Shown: piece after piece, positions 50,031 through 64,000 of the stretch
Position numbering within the stretch: the stretch's first letter is position 1
Layout: every line of letters begins with the position of its first letter
NCBI RefSeq assembly: GCF_024521635.1
Contig: NW_026250413.1
Span: 248,001-312,000 of the forward strand
DNA length: 64,000 nucleotides
Direction of reading: 5' to 3'
Origin: Tricharina praecox
Taxonomy: Eukaryota
Translations under genes and position numbers: made by a program
The notes under the pieces: generated by a model
Databases searched by the model: none
The model's input: only the letters and a program-made list of their open reading frames with translations
Told to the model about the DNA's origin: nothing

Positions 50031-51515
50031 CAAAGTGGTTGTGCAAAGTGGTTGTGCAAAGGTGGTGGTGGGTTACGGGCCCGTTCAGCTCAAGCCGGAA
50101 GCGGTCAAGCATCACCAAATCGCTCTTTCGCTCGCCCTTTTGCTTTTCCCGTTCGGTCCTGGCTCGCAGACAGACAGGCAGCCCGCGGTATGTATCAGAT
50201 ATCTTGGTGTCCAAGAACAAGTCGATCGAGAAGCATGGGAGGAACATAGGAAAAAACTCCAAAAGGCCGGTAACTACGGTAGATATGGTACTTGACTTGC
50301 GCTTGATATGACTTGAACTTGTGTGTGTGTGCAGCCTCCATGTGTGCTGCTTGTCTACATGCTTGGTACCTTCATGCTCACTTTAGTTACCTCGTACACT
50401 GATGGTAGTGGCTTTGCCTGCACACGACTTACGACTTTGGCCTGCGGGCTTGCGACTTTGAATCTTTCTTCGCATCGGGTTTTTGTTTTTCGTTTCCCAG
50501 AACACTGCAGACTGTCCCGCGACAGTTGTTTTTCCCGACCGTCCCCATCTTCCCTTCCAGCTAACCCACACAATCTATCTATCAATCCCATAGATCCTAT
50601 ATTATATATCCATCATTCGTCTGTCTGCCGTAGTCATCACTGTCTATCCATCCATCGCCCGACCACACACCCACCCACCACCACCCCCCTCCCAAAATCG
50701 ATAATCGTTCACGAACCAGCAGCCTTACCGAGGGGCTCGGCGGCCACTCTCCAGAATCGTACCCCTGTGACCACCAACTACATACCACCCACGGCCACCC
50801 ACGACTACCACCACCACCCCGTATCCTAAACTCCCATCACACATCACGTACACCCCATCTGCTACACCGGTCGGGAATACTCAGGTACACAATCCAGCAT
50901 CGTCAACCACCTACACCTACAACACCACCACCTACAACCACCACCACCTACACCACCACGTCCCACCCACCGAGACCAGGCCCTCTCCACCTCACCTCAC
51001 CTCCACCCTCACCATCGCCACTACCCTATCCCGCCGCCCCGCTGCTCAACTCCGCCGCGGCACGTACCTGAGTGGAAAGCATAGCACTCACCGCCGCTGC
51101 CGCACCATCGTCGTCTCCGAACGAACACGTACACAGCAGTAAAGTAGGCCTTGCGGCTCGGCTAGCACTAACTCAGCCTTGAACCGCGCCACAGCCCGAC
51201 CGAAAGCCACGGGCCAGTCTCCGGCCACCGCAAAGAAAGAACAACGAGTCTCTCCTCAGAAAACTTAGGTCCTGCACGCAGCCACACACACGGCACACAG
51301 GCGGACTGAGAAATAGAGTGGGAAAAGGGAAGAAAAAAAAGGGAACGGGAAAGGGGAAAAAAGGGAAGAAAAATAAGCTTAACTGCCACAGGCCTACGGA
51401 TTTTTGCTACGTCGCCCCACCACTCTTAATCGGCCAACCACCAACCACCGCCTACATTCTCATAGAGTTCAAAACCAACGGAAAAAGCAGTTTAAAATAA
51501 TCTCGGTTGCTCGTC

Positions 51516-54500
51516 ATGAACGAGGACGACTGGGAAGACTCCGCTAAAGATCCTTCGTCGACCCTCCCATCATCATCATCATCCGCCGCCGCAGCATCAG
51601 CTTCCGTCAGACCACCCACCGATTCCATATATCCAGTACAAGCTCCGTACGGTGATCTTCAGGTCCAGGGTCTCACACCACCGCCCGACGAGTTCGGCTT
51701 TGACGCAATCCTGAGAGACTGTCAGTTCCCCACACAGTTCAACCTTCCGGAGCCCCCAACGCCGCCTCGGACGGAAGCTGTCTCCTCGCCTTCGCGTTCG
51801 TCACATTCCGGGGGATCCTCACCGTCCGACGAGCCCGCGTCACCCGATAGTGATGCTGTGATGGGCGATGATTTAGGCCCAATTGTGTGTGATACTAATG
51901 CTTGCCGCTTCCGGCCTCCCTCCCTCCACCCCCCCCGTATTGTATCTGTTGCTGACGCTCGGTCGCGCGAATAGGGCTCGGGTTTCCACAACGGTATTTT
52001 CGACATGTCCTCGGGCGGGCCCGGCAGGCATGGCCAGCCGCCTCTAGTTGTCGACTCGAGCACTGACATCGACGTCGATTATAACAACCTCCTGCAATAC
52101 TTCGATTTTACCAGCGCAGCAAGCTCGCCGAAGCCAAATCCCAGCGCTCTAAACATGCAACGACAGCTGCCCCAGCAGTACCCCGGTCAGAACCAGTTCA
52201 ATCCCATGAGCTTTCCGCAGCCGAGTAATGGACCGATGCACCGAGCGGCGGGGGGAAAGAGGCCGAGGGACGAGGAGGAAGAGGTGGATAACTTGGGTTA
52301 CGATGACGACGACAGCTACGGTGCTTCCCCGACACACGTCAAGAAGGAATACAACCCGGAGATTCGACATGGAGGTTTTGGGCATGGTGCGGTGGAGTTT
52401 GGATCGCGGACGTCAGTTGGCACTCAGGGCTTCGACTTTTCCTCGTTCATGGACACTTCGTCATTTCCAACTGCGCCTATAGAACCTTTGCAACCGGCCG
52501 TTCAGATGCCCCGGAATGGCGGTGGAGCTGATTTCAACTACCAATTGATGGTCGACTTCCCCAAGCACACGAAATCATCGGGACCAGCAGGCTTTGTGGA
52601 CCCACAAGTCAAATCCAGAGTCGAAACGCAGATCTCGGTACGGTTCATCATGTCGCCAGCACCCGAAGGCGTGTCGAAACTGCGCCTTCCGAGACATGCA
52701 ATCTCCAAGATCAAATACATCGAAGACGGCCACCCCGCGAATCGTCCCGACACTTTGGAGCTCCAGGCGACGTTGGTGTGTGCCAGCGCGATGGGAGTGC
52801 CGGACCAGCTCGAGCGAGCACTGTACGAGGCGAGGGGAGATCCCGTGCCCAAATGGATCACAAAGCTCCAACACGACAAGATCGAGGCGCAAAAGAAGCG
52901 CATTGCGGATGCAGCCTCGAACAGGAGCAAGGATGATGGGGACATGTCGGGCTCGAGCTCGGGAGGCAGGGAAGGAACGGTGGCGAGGAAGGACAAGGAG
53001 ATTGACTACGACAAGTCGGTCTTTGGTGCGCCGGTTCAGATCTGCGAGCAGTGCATGAACAGGGAAAGGAAGCGTGCCAGCAGGAAAAAGAATAAGAAGC
53101 CCGAAGAGGAGGAGAAGTGGGCCCAGGACGAGAGGAAGCGGATCATCGTCTTCAATACCAACCAGGTCCGACAGTTCGAGCAGTACCCAGGTGCGCAGAG
53201 GGCGATTGCGGCGGAAACCCAAATGAGGATATGTTGCTACTGCCGTCACCACGGAGAGAAGGATGGTTTTCAGTAAGCGGAACTCCCCCGCATTCAATGG
53301 ATCCCATGTTTCTTTAACTGACAAAAACTGCGATAGGGTGATCTTCACGCTCAAGGACCACAATGGCAATGTTGTCGCACAGACGATCAGCAGCACCATC
53401 GTCATCACAGACGATCACAAGAACACGGCTGCCACGAACGCCACGGGGCTACCGGACGGAAGCATAGCGATGCCCGCCGATCAGATGTCCCCGGTGCAAG
53501 CGCCGCCGCGGCAGATGGCAGGGTACCCGCAGCAAGCCTTCATGGTCTCGCAGACGCAGCAAGGGCAGGAGAGGTTGAGGGGCTACACTCCCCAACCGCC
53601 AAACGGAATCAACTTCCCCATGCATATGGACCAATCGCCTTCCCCTCAAACGCCGATGCGCGGTTCGCTGAGCCCTGGAGGGCATCAACCCAAGAGACGG
53701 AAGGGCAGCAAGGTGCCAACGAACCTGACCATGACTCCGTCCGAGCCCACGCAGTTCCACCGCCCTCAGTTCGACGGTGGAAACATGGCTTTCACACGCA
53801 ACCATGCAGAAGTGCCGCGCCAGCAGTGGCTAAATACCGGTCCCGTATCCCCGATAGCTCAGCCGGATGAGGCCTTCTTCGTCAACACTACGAATTGGAT
53901 GTCTCCGGTGGAAACGAACGGCAATGGCTTCGGCAGGGCGCTGGGATCCCCAGAGTTCAATAGCATCCCAACGACCCCGACCATGTTTAGCAGACATCAA
54001 CTACCTAATCAGATGATGAGCCCACAGTTCCCACATGGGATGCTAGCGCTGGAGCAGCAAATCAGGCAGGGTCAAGCACACGTGGACGAGATGCAAATCA
54101 GCGGTCCGTTCATTAGTCGTGTGGTGCCAGGCGAGGGAACCTGTCGGGGAGGAATCGAGATCACGATCTTGGGCCGCGCTTTCGCTCAAGGGTTGACCGT
54201 CATGTTCGGCGACCTGCCTGCTAACGACACGACATGTTACAGCGACAGCACCCTCCTTTGCCGCCTGCCACCGAACCCTAATGCTGGGCCCGTCGTGGTC
54301 ACCCTGAAGAACATTGAGCGGCCACACCAAGCCATCGGTGTGCCCGTCTTCACCTATGTCGACGACATCGAAAAAGAGCTGATGGCTCTCGCACTGACCG
54401 TTGTTGGCATGAAGATGAAGGGAGAGATGGGTACCAGCAAGCAGGTCGCCCTTGCCATCCTACGCGACAACGGTGTCGGAGAGGATGAGATCGAGAGCAC

Positions 54501-55984
54501 TCGCAATGGCGGCGGCAACCAGCGTGCGATGGATCTGGAGGCATTGCTCCTGACCTGCCTCGACGTCATCGACATGGACGAAAGCCCGCACCCTGCGACG
54601 TTGGGCCAGAGGAACAAGTCCGGCCAGACAATGCTTCATCTAGCATGCATGCTTGGAATGCAGAAGTTCGTGGCGGCGCTGCTCGCGCGTGGCGTCTATG
54701 TTGACAGCACCGACAAGAACGGTTACACGCCTCTGCATTTTGCTGCTCTGCACAAACGGTCGGATGTCGTTCGGCGACTGTTGATGAATCGTGCCGATGC
54801 CGGATTGCGCACCAGGGGCGGGGAGACGGCTGCCGACCTCGGAGAGTCCGACCAGATCGTCAGGGCTACTAGAAGCGTCCACCAGATTCATTCCCGCCAC
54901 CATAGTAGGAGCAGCTCGGTCTCGTCCGAAACTCGCTTCAGCAGGAGCCGCTCCGGAAGTGTGTCTTCCATCATGGCGCCTATGTCCATGGCCCGCCTTC
55001 GCAGCGTGGACGACTACTTTGCCGACAGTGACGATGATGACGAGGAGGATGATGATGACTTGTATGACTTGGATTACGACAGCAGCGAGGATGGCGAGCC
55101 GGGCTGGGCCGATCGGAGACTCAGCATCCAGGATATTCCTGTGCCCATGAAGTCCGCTCTCATGGAACATACTGCGCAGGAGAAGGTTGTCGAGATGATG
55201 CCGCCGATGGACGCTTCGTTCGGCAAGAATGCCTCGGCACCTCTCATGATCGCGTGGATGGATGCTTGGAGGGAGCAGTTGACGCAGAGCTTCCAGAACC
55301 TACAGCTGAATATTCCTGTGTTGCCAACGGCTCAGATCGACTACCAAACCATGTTGCGAGACCAAATGGCCAAACTTCAGTACCCGCAGATGCCTAGATG
55401 GGGCTTCGCACAGGACCCGGAGCGCAAGGCCGTCGACTACAAATGGTCCGAGCTATTACACCCACCGGCTGCTCCGGAATCTTCCGGGGAAATGGCTCCG
55501 CCTGCCTACGACGAGCTGTACCCCGACGGCAACGGTTCCGGTGGAGCGCCGCCGGAAAAGATCGAGCCTGTACAAGATACGCCGGTGCAAGTTGAGGCGG
55601 AATCTTCCAAACCGACTCGCACGGCGTCGCCCGAGCTTGCCATGGACCTCCGCGAAATCCACAGACAGATCACGCGTCGGGATCAGCCCCTCACCAGTGC
55701 TCAGCAGGCTCACCTCCGCAAGATGAAGCGAATCGAGAGTGATCGGCGGTTGTATTTCTTCTGGGTATGTTGCTGTCCTACCACGTGATGTTTTCAAATA
55801 CTGACTAGTCCAGATTCCGGTTTTGGTCTTCATCATCATGGCCATGGCCTACTCGCATGGCCCACAGGCGTGGACCATCTGCAAGACGGTTGCGACCTTT
55901 GTTCACCAAGCAGTCAACGAACCACAGGTAGTCAGGGAACGACTGGGACTGACGGTGGGGCGGGCTGTTGGTGTCCCTGGTTAG
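51516..55984 (+). CDS. MGA2: Spt23/Mga2 membrane-tethered transcription factor; exons 51516-51884, 51975-53272, 53337-55764, 55814-55984
   Basis: KSRVETQI, C..C.NRERKRA, MRICCYCRHHGEKDGF, IPT/TIG domain (VVPGEG..GGIEITILG), ankyrin repeats (GQTMLHLAC, GYTPLHFAA), PPAY motif and DRRLYFFWIPVL transmembrane tail. Confidence 0.93.
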
Positions 55985-57433
55985 TCCTCTGCGATTCATT
56001 TCGGTGTTCCGGGGTTTTTTTCTCTTTTTCCTTATCTCTCCTACTTTTTCTATTTTCCTATGTCCATATCTATGTCGGCGGTTCTACACGGTATGTGGTT
56101 TACGTCTACTTAATTCTTTGCGGTCTACGTCATCGCGTTCTTTCTTCCATGTCATTGCAGTCTGTTTGGCTAGAAGGGATGAGCTTTTCGGGGGGAATGT
56201 TTTTGCGTGTTTTTGCATGTTTTTGTGTGCTTTACCAGCTTCTGTTCGTTTAGTTTCATTTGCGTTTTTATCTGTTGATTTTGCTTTTGCTTTTGCTTTC
56301 TGCCTTGTTTTATGTTTTAAAATCTGCTATATCCTATACCCCTCTCACTCACTTCCTCTGCCCCCGGCACGGTGGTTTTGCGGATTCTTCTTCTTTTTCT
56401 TCTTAGGGAGGGAGGATCGAACGGGGACATGAAGGTGATGTCCGCCTAAGGCAGGGCATCTCAACTTGTTTTCCTTTTTCCTTTTTCCTTCAAGTTTTGT
56501 TTGTTCTCTGGAGTTTGTGTTTTAGTCCCTTATGTCGTTTTATTTGTCTTTGGAGTGGATCGGTTGAATTGGTCTGTCTGGGATTGGTCTGCGGGCTGCT
56601 GGTGGGGCTAGTGGGAATGGTGGGGCTGGTGGGTGGGGGCTGGTGGGGGTAGTAATATTGTTTCTTGTTGTTCTTGTTTCTCCTCGCGTTCATTGAGATT
56701 TTATTGATGATTTGAGATTTGAGGTTTCGCTGCATTCCCTAGTTAGAGGCTTTTATGTTTTCTATGTTTTCTATGCATACTTTTATGGTTCATGGAAGTG
56801 GAATTGGTTGCAGAATTGGTTGCGCAATATGAATCTATGGTTATTGATGCATGCTTTTGCGGTGTTTGTGAGTGTTGGCGATTATTGATGATGATGACTG
56901 TTGAGATGACGGTTGAGATGACGGTTGGGATGACGGTTGATGCCTAGTTTTGAGATGACTGTTGATGAATTGATACCCGGTGATGCGTGGTTTTGAGAGT
57001 TATTCCCTCGAGTCTTGACAGTGTTTGACAGTGTCAACGGCTGGATGGGGAATAGAAAAGTTGTACAATTCTTAACAGTGCTCGTCGTGATGGCGATGGC
57101 GATGGAGTCAGTGATTCCGCAGGTAGAAACGGGGAGGGGAGGAGGGGAGGAGGGGAGGAGGGGGCTGTGTCACTCCGACTCCACTATGTAGTTACATGTT
57201 AGTCGTACAAGTTTTACACGTGCACGTTCCGTTCCGTTTTGTTGAGGATTCCTGGCTGGGGATTCGTTGAGGTTGAGGTTTTGTCCGCGCGGTACTCACC
57301 CCCACCACCTTCCTAGAAGACAGGGCTGAAGATAGATGGGGATAGAGACAGGTGGAGACGGGTATGGGTGGAGATGGAGACAAAAGGTGATGAGAGAGGC
57401 GGAGGCGGAGGAATGGCGTCACCGCGGGCACTT

Positions 57434-57735
57434 GGTCTGCTCTGGTCTGCTCTGGTCTGCTCTGGTCTGGTCTGCTCTGGTCTGCTCTGGTCTGCTCTGG
57501 TCTGCTCTGCTCTGCTCTGCTCTGCTCTGCTCTGCTCTGCTCTGCTCTGCTCTGCTCTGCTCTGGTCTGCTCTGGTCTGCTCTGGTCTGCTCTGCTCTGC
57601 TCTGCTCTGCTCTGCTCTGCTCTGCTCTGCTCTGCTCTGCTCTGCTCTGGTCTGCTCTGGTCTGCTCTGGTCTGCTCTGCTCTGGTCTGCTCTGCTCTTC
57701 TGCTCTGCTCTGGTCTGCTCTGCTCTGCTCTGCTC
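57434..57735. repeat. Mixed pentanucleotide array (CTCTG/GTCTG), ~60 units
   Basis: Seen directly; it is the source of the repetitive EQSRA/SALLC pseudo-ORFs. Confidence 0.95.
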
Positions 57736-60047
57736 CACTTCAGCTACTCCGCCCCATACGGTGTAGTTACCCAGCCTATTTACGGGAGATGGGAGATGGT
57801 GGGATAGCTAGGTGGGATAGCCAGAGCTGACGATTATCCGTTGAGAGTGGGAGCGGGAGTCTGAGCTCTGTTCTGTTGTGTTCCATGTATATATGTTCTG
57901 TTGTACCGTACTACCATGCGCCCCGCCCCGGGCCGGAGGCGGGCCACTTTCGGCCCGGGCCTGGCATGGCGATAGCATAGCATGGCCTGGCCTGGTCGAT
58001 ATATAGCATGGCCTGGCATAGCATAGCATACCTAGTTTAGCGATAGGAACGGCATGGCGACGGGGATTTGGAATTGGATGGGAATGGGAATGGCATGGCA
58101 TGGCGATAGGAATAGGAATGGGAATAGATAGCGCAGCCTTGTGCGATGTGAATGTTTTTGGCAGCGCTGGGGGTGGGGTACACATGTAGAGTATGGGTGG
58201 TCAGCTATGGCACTATGCTACTATTCTGGCGATCGCGAATGAAGTGTGGTGTACAGCACCAGTGCTACGTGCGGAGCGGTGGTACATACTACGTACCTCC
58301 TCGGTGCCGGTGCCGCTGCCGGTGTCGATATCGATGGAGGGTGAACAGTCGGCTGTAGCGGGGGCGGGCCGTGGACGTCATGTTGCTTATTGTTTGTTGC
58401 TGCAGCAGCTGCAGCTGTACCGGGAGGGGCAGGAGGAGGCAGGCTGAGACTACCCCACCGTCGGGACGTCCCAGTACGGCTTCCCGAAGATCTCATAGGT
58501 AGCTGAGGAGGTAACCCGTTATTACCGGCGATGTCATACCCCCCCGACCAGCGCGGAAGCGCCTGCCTGCCAGGCGGACTGATGGACTGACGGATGAACG
58601 TCGCACAAAGGCTGGCCTCGCGGCATCTACAGGCTAGGCTGTAGAGTAGTACTCTAGTAATCTAGACCAGCTGCAGCCTTGCCCTCCATTTGACCATTCA
58701 CTATGAAGTTGCATTCAAACTGCGGCGGAATCAATTGACCGCTCTCGTTCGTTCACCGTGCTTCCTTTGTGGCTAAGTCCAGCTCCGAGTGCGAGGGTCT
58801 AGACTCCCATCCCCATCCTGAAATCTCCAAAGCACAGTTCCCCCCAGTCCCCGGATGGATCGGAATTGACCCTAGCCTTCTCTGCTGTCTGCTGTTTGAT
58901 GTGCGTAGCCTTCCGGCCGGTGCCAGCCTGACTGGTGCTGACCGGTGTAGCCTGACCGGTGCTCGGTGCGGGCTAGATGCGGGCTAGATGTGCTCGGCGC
59001 GGGCTAGGTACGGCCTAGACCCCCCGATGATGGTGTTGTATGAATAGTACGGTGAGCTGGCGGCAGTAAACATTTCCCTTCGAGATGGCCGTAACTACTC
59101 TACATATCCACATAACCCGTAGGGTGGGGAGCGCCGGAAGCGGAGCCACGATGTTCTGCGTTTTGCTGCGGCCCTGAGATGCTGCCTTGGGTCTTTGCAG
59201 TGGTAAACCTCACTTTTATGGTGGTGGCGGTGCTGTAGTGCTGCTGCTGTTGGTGCTGATGCTGCTGGTGCTGGTTGTGGTGGTGGTCATGGTGGTGGTG
59301 GTGTTCTGGTAGTGCTGGTGAACCATGGTGGTGGTTCTAGAGGTGCGGAGAGTGCCACTCGTGCAGTGGCCGTAGCCGTAGTATATGATGCAACTAGAGA
59401 TGGCTGTGCTTGCTGGCTTGTTTGCTTGCTGGAGTAGGTAGTTAGCTACGTACTGCTGTGCTGGAGGGCGGGCGGAGTGGGAGTATGTTCCGCCGCTTCG
59501 GTCTTGAGGTGGCAATCTTACACCATGGTGATGATGGGGGCGTCACGGAAATGTCGTGGCCGTAGCGGATTGATGGCCCATAGGGGCTATGGGGACTAAC
59601 TACCTACATATACGAACAAACTGTCCATGCAGTAGATACTTGGGTGTTGTTTTGGCCGGTGGCTCGCAATTGAGGATCTGAAAGGTCTGCGTGAAAATGT
59701 CAGTGTTTGCAAGGCAACTCTGTGGGCTGGTTGGCTGGGTGGTTCAAGACGTTATTTTATGTTGACGACCGCGGGCCGAGGCCGAGTCCTTGTGCCGATG
59801 AACCGTCGGGACAGTCGGGACAGTCGGTCAACATAGGGTATGTGCCGAGAGCACGAGTGACCTATCGTGCAATATAGTACAAGTGGTATGGTGGTTGCAT
59901 AATATATCACTCGTCTATGAAGAGCTATCATTGAAATATCAATGGCCACTGGCCTCTCTATATCTCCTTCAAGGGTATCCATCCCCCCCCCCCTCTCCTC
60001 CTCTCCCTCCTCTCCCCCCCCTCTCCTCCTCCCCCCTCGCACCCCAT

Positions 60048-60925
60048 CTACAACATCGCCTTCCCCCCGCCGAGCACAAAATGCGTATTCGGCTCCAACC
60101 CACCCTTCGGTTCGGGCTCGAACTCCAGCATGGCGAGCTGGGGGCCTAAGTTGACCTTATGGTGGTCGGCGACGGTATAGAAAATCTTCCCGTCCGGACT
60201 CTTGATCTCGCCCCGGATCAGCGCCATCGTCCGCCCGGCTTGCAGGACATAGGAGTCCACGATTACCGGAGTCCCTTCTGCGCAGTCCCGGAGGTATGAG
60301 AGAGAGAGGGAGCGCGTTACGCCACCGAGGAAGCTAAGGGTGTCAGTGGGGGTGAAGGGGGAGGGGAATGGGGGAGGGGAAAACGCACACCCAGCGCTTG
60401 TCGCTTGCGAGCGGGCCGAGAGCCGACATTGTGCACACTGTGTGGTGGTTAGACGCCATTACTACCGTATATGCAGCCACCACTTTCGAGAGGGGATCGT
60501 ACTATCCAGCAACAAAGCCGCGCCACCACCATGAAGCGAACCTACGCCCCCCCAATCAATCAGCGCCCATCATCCCCCTCCACTCTCCCCCACCCGGATG
60601 CCACCATACCGTTAAGATTACACAAATACCTGGGAATCGTAATCTCCCAAACAGCGCGGCCCTCCGGGCGAGCATCGATCAGCTTCAAATCCTGCATCAT
60701 GCGGTAGTCCACCAGGTCCTTGTACCCGCGCGCCGCGGAATTAGCGTGGAATCAGCGTGGAATTGGCGTGGGGGGGTTCGCGGAGTACGGGGAGATGTGG
60801 GAAGGCGGTAAGCTCACTTGTAGCTGCTTCGCCTCGACTACCGCGAAGTACCAGTCCCAGATGTGCTGGACTTTTGTCATGGAGGCCGCGTGCGGCGCGG
60901 GGGTGTAGGGTGCTGGTGCTGCCAT
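60048..60925 (-). CDS. PaaI/hot-dog-fold acyl-CoA thioesterase (ACOT13-like), 5 exons
   Basis: Spliced: WEITIPRYLCNLNGSLHGGGAALLLDMCT..VFLGGVTRSLSLSYLR..GRTMALIRGEI..DHHKV. Confidence 0.85.
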
Positions 60926-62571
60926 TGTTGCGTGGGATGGGGGCGGGTGGAGTGACACCTGGTGAGAGGTGGATTGGGAACGGGGTGAGTGAGTGTGTCG
61001 TTATTGTCGTTGTCGTCGTCTTCGAGCGTCGCAAAGCTCCCTGGGTAGAGTACCTTGAGACTCAAGAGTGGGATCCATGCACGGAGATCTCCGACCCGAG
61101 AGCCGAGGTGTGTGGGGATATGTAGACTCGAGAGTCGAGGCGTGCCTGTGACGTCGCCGCCGAAGACGTGCTGATGGAGTTCCGGCGCGTACAAAACAGA
61201 GAACAGTGATATCGGGCACCATCGTTGCGACGTTGCCGGTGTTCCTCAGCGGGCGGGCGAACCGCTGGAACTCCGTGATTGCGGCTGGTTGGTTTCTCGG
61301 CCCGTTGGGCATGGCCGGTAGCGAACGAGCACGAGATAGGTAGCTAGGTAACGTGCAGGCATCACCGAGAGAGAGAGAGATCGATGCGGGGAACCTGGGG
61401 ACCGATAGTTTGGCTTATCCTATGTACAAAGATATCAAGTGGGTATCATGTTAGTTACCAGTGGACGTACATACATCTAAAGTACGATGATTACTTGCTT
61501 AGTGCAGCATGGACAGTTGTAGACTCTCCAGGTCCCTGGGAAGCAGTGATGCATCACGTAGTTCTGGTCCTTGGGATTAGGATGGTCAGGGATGGCCAGG
61601 GATCAGTTCCGGGAACCGATTCGAGTGGATTATGTACCTATCTATCATGATGGATTTTCCAGGCGTCGACCGAGCTCTACGGCCGTAGTTAGCTATTAAG
61701 AATTCAAGGATCGAGATGGACCGGCCTCTGGTCTAGAAGAATGCATCTGTGGGGGAAGTGGGGTGGGGATCTATGGAGAAAGTAGGGCGGGGCAGCTGAA
61801 GCATTAGGGCCATGGACATTGAGCACTCGATTCGATCAGACACGGGGATAACTACCGTCATACGGTACTCGTGCCCGGAAAGGACCAGATCATGGGACAG
61901 TCCGTCCATGCAATGCGTCCGCACTGCCCATCTCAGGGAACCGGCGTTCGGTGGAATTGGGGGTTCCATACTCTACTCTACATACTCTAAGGACCATCAT
62001 GACCCATTGAACATTCAACCGATCATCCATGAGAATGCGGTTCAGGATGCCACCATGTGACAGTGTAGGTAAAGTACCTATGTGTTATGGCAGTCACCCA
62101 CTCACTTTCTACGTGTGTGACGGAAGCATAGGCGGCTGCAGCTCTTGCAGCGCCAGAATTCTGGAAATAGGTAGGCACCGAGAGAAATCACTCAGGAACA
62201 GGGAGTGTGAGTGTGTATAAAGCAGATGGCTTCTCGCCCTCGTTGCGCCGCGGTCGATGGACCTTCGGCTTATATATCCATCCACACTCCTACATATATA
62301 CGGCGTTTGCTGCGCTGATGGTGTGGAGGGGAGAGTTGGATTCGTGCCCGCAAGGTGAACCCGATCGATCGTGTCTGAGAAGTCCCGTGGGGGTGTTTCT
62401 CGGTTTGGGACGGGCAGTTGTCGTTGGAAATCGAACGAAAGACCCCCCGTGGTGGTGATGCTTTTACTATAATCCTAGCACCTTCTCTCCGGGAGATGCA
62501 GTGCACTTGGGGAAGGGAAGGCCGGTAAACACACTGAATTCAATGGCTTGCAGAGTCAATGGAATTGGGTT

Positions 62572-62660
62572 TCCTTTTTTCACTTTCTTTCCTTTTTTCA
62601 CTTTCTTTCCTTTTTTCACTTTCTTTCCTTTCTTTCCTTTTCCCTTTTTTCCTTTTCGTT
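62572..62660. repeat. 18-bp pyrimidine tandem repeat (TTTCCTTTTTTCACTTTC)n
   Basis: About 3 units plus degenerate copies. Confidence 0.8.
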
Positions 62661-64000
62661 TCTTGCCTTGAGAGGAAGTAGCACGCGACCCACTGCCGTG
62701 CTCTCCCTCGCTTTTCCGCATTGCATGCATACCTGGTGCAGTCTCTCCCCAGTCCGACGAGCTCCGAAGAGAAGCATCCAATCGCACATCTGCAAACTCC
62801 AGCTGAGCGAGCAGGAAGCGAAGCCATCCGACGATGCTAACTGCGGCAAGTTCGTTCAGGAGATGGTTGGTGGACGACGACGAGTCGATGACCACTCCTC
62901 TTAGGTACAACTTCTGACTTGGTTACTTACCTGTGCCTAGGGGCCGAGGGCATCGAGCATCGGGTTTTTAGGCTAGCTACTTACACACACCATAGATAAT
63001 GTCACCCCACGCCCCGCAGCAGCCGTTGTTTTCGCAGGCTGAACCGTGTCGTCGCGGATCCGGCTGAAGAATCGTGTCAGGTGCCCCCCAGTGCGGCACA
63101 GGATGTCTGGCCTCGAAGGGCATCTAGAGCAGGGGGCTTGTCAATGTCGGTCCACCTGCCTGCCTGCCTGCGGTCGTGGATAGATATCCGACACGACGAC
63201 GAGCGGAGGAGAAATCGAAAGAAACAGAAGCGGATAAATGTGGAGCAGGATGCCTACGGGGAGCAAAGTCGGCGAGCTGAATGGCAGAAGCCGTCAATCG
63301 GAGCATTCCTCCAGTGATAGATTGCTCGAGATACCTATTCATGTGAGTAATGGAGGGGCCTGGGGGGTTTTGCACATGCCGACTGTAGGGGGATCTGAAA
63401 CTGTTGCCGGGAGTTGCAGCTCGTCACCCGAATTCTCCCGTCGATGAAGTCAGACGGCCCTCGCTCTCTTGGCAGGGCCACTGATGCGATGCAAGCTCCA
63501 CCACCACCACCACCACCAGCACCACCACCATCAGCACAACTACAGGCACACCACCAGCACCACCACTACAACCACCGCCGCCCCGCTCGTGTGCTATGGA
63601 GCGTCTGATTTCCGTCATCCGGACGAGAAGATCCGTCGGTTCAAGGTCCCGATGGCTGCATTGTCGTACGCGCCTCCGTCGGTGGAGTGGCAGCGGCGAC
63701 AGTCCATCAGCAGCGGTCCATCTGCGGCAGTCCATCTACCCTGAGCGTGAATGACGATACTAGTAGGTAGAGTACTAGTACCTTGAGTATCAGTGGCGGG
63801 GCAACGGCTCCCTTATCGATAGTGCACCGTCGGCATTGGCCGCCCCAGTTTGGGCGCACAGCGGGATTGAGGGGGGCGGGCGATGGCTTTTGGCCCTTAG
63901 CCCTTGGGAGTTGGGCGTGTCGGTTCGCTTGGGTGGCGTGTAACCACCGGGGGCACTGGACCAGCTGGGGGAACGGGCCAGTTGCATTCCCGTCGCCCTA

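Noticed and set aside
57313-57830. EQSRA/SALLC repeat proteins or a CRISPR-like array
   Set aside because: Translations of a pentanucleotide satellite; no unique spacers.
62467-63987. Lys-rich and His-rich ORFs at the window end
   Set aside because: Derived from simple repeats; no supportable gene model.

Overview
Intron-rich, repeat-rich genomic DNA from a filamentous ascomycete (Pezizomycotina; a Pezizomycete is my inference, not a database result). I reconstructed 15 protein-coding genes by hand from splice signals: RNase H1, an orphan Ser/Pro-rich protein, an orphan membrane protein with 21-aa repeats, MED10, PFK26, SCD6/LSM14, a CENP-W-like protein, YPT1/RAB1, an RGG/RS-rich orphan, a PEX39-like protein, an mpaB/DUF2236 oxygenase, a GIT1-like MFS permease, a ~893-aa uncharacterised protein, a 16-exon amino-acid/GABA permease and SPT23/MGA2, plus a PaaI-type thioesterase as a sixteenth. 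I saw no tRNA, rRNA, CRISPR array or recognisable transposon. Top finding: the first coding intron of YPT1 appears to be a spliceosomal twin intron (stwintron) of [D3,4] type. An internal intron splits the external donor GTG|AGT, and only two-step splicing gives the canonical N-terminus; both one-step products from the internal donor stop after 5 codons. Second finding: RNase H1 has two in-frame AUGs (putative mitochondrial and nuclear isoforms) and a Met-Ala-stop uORF overlapping the first AUG.
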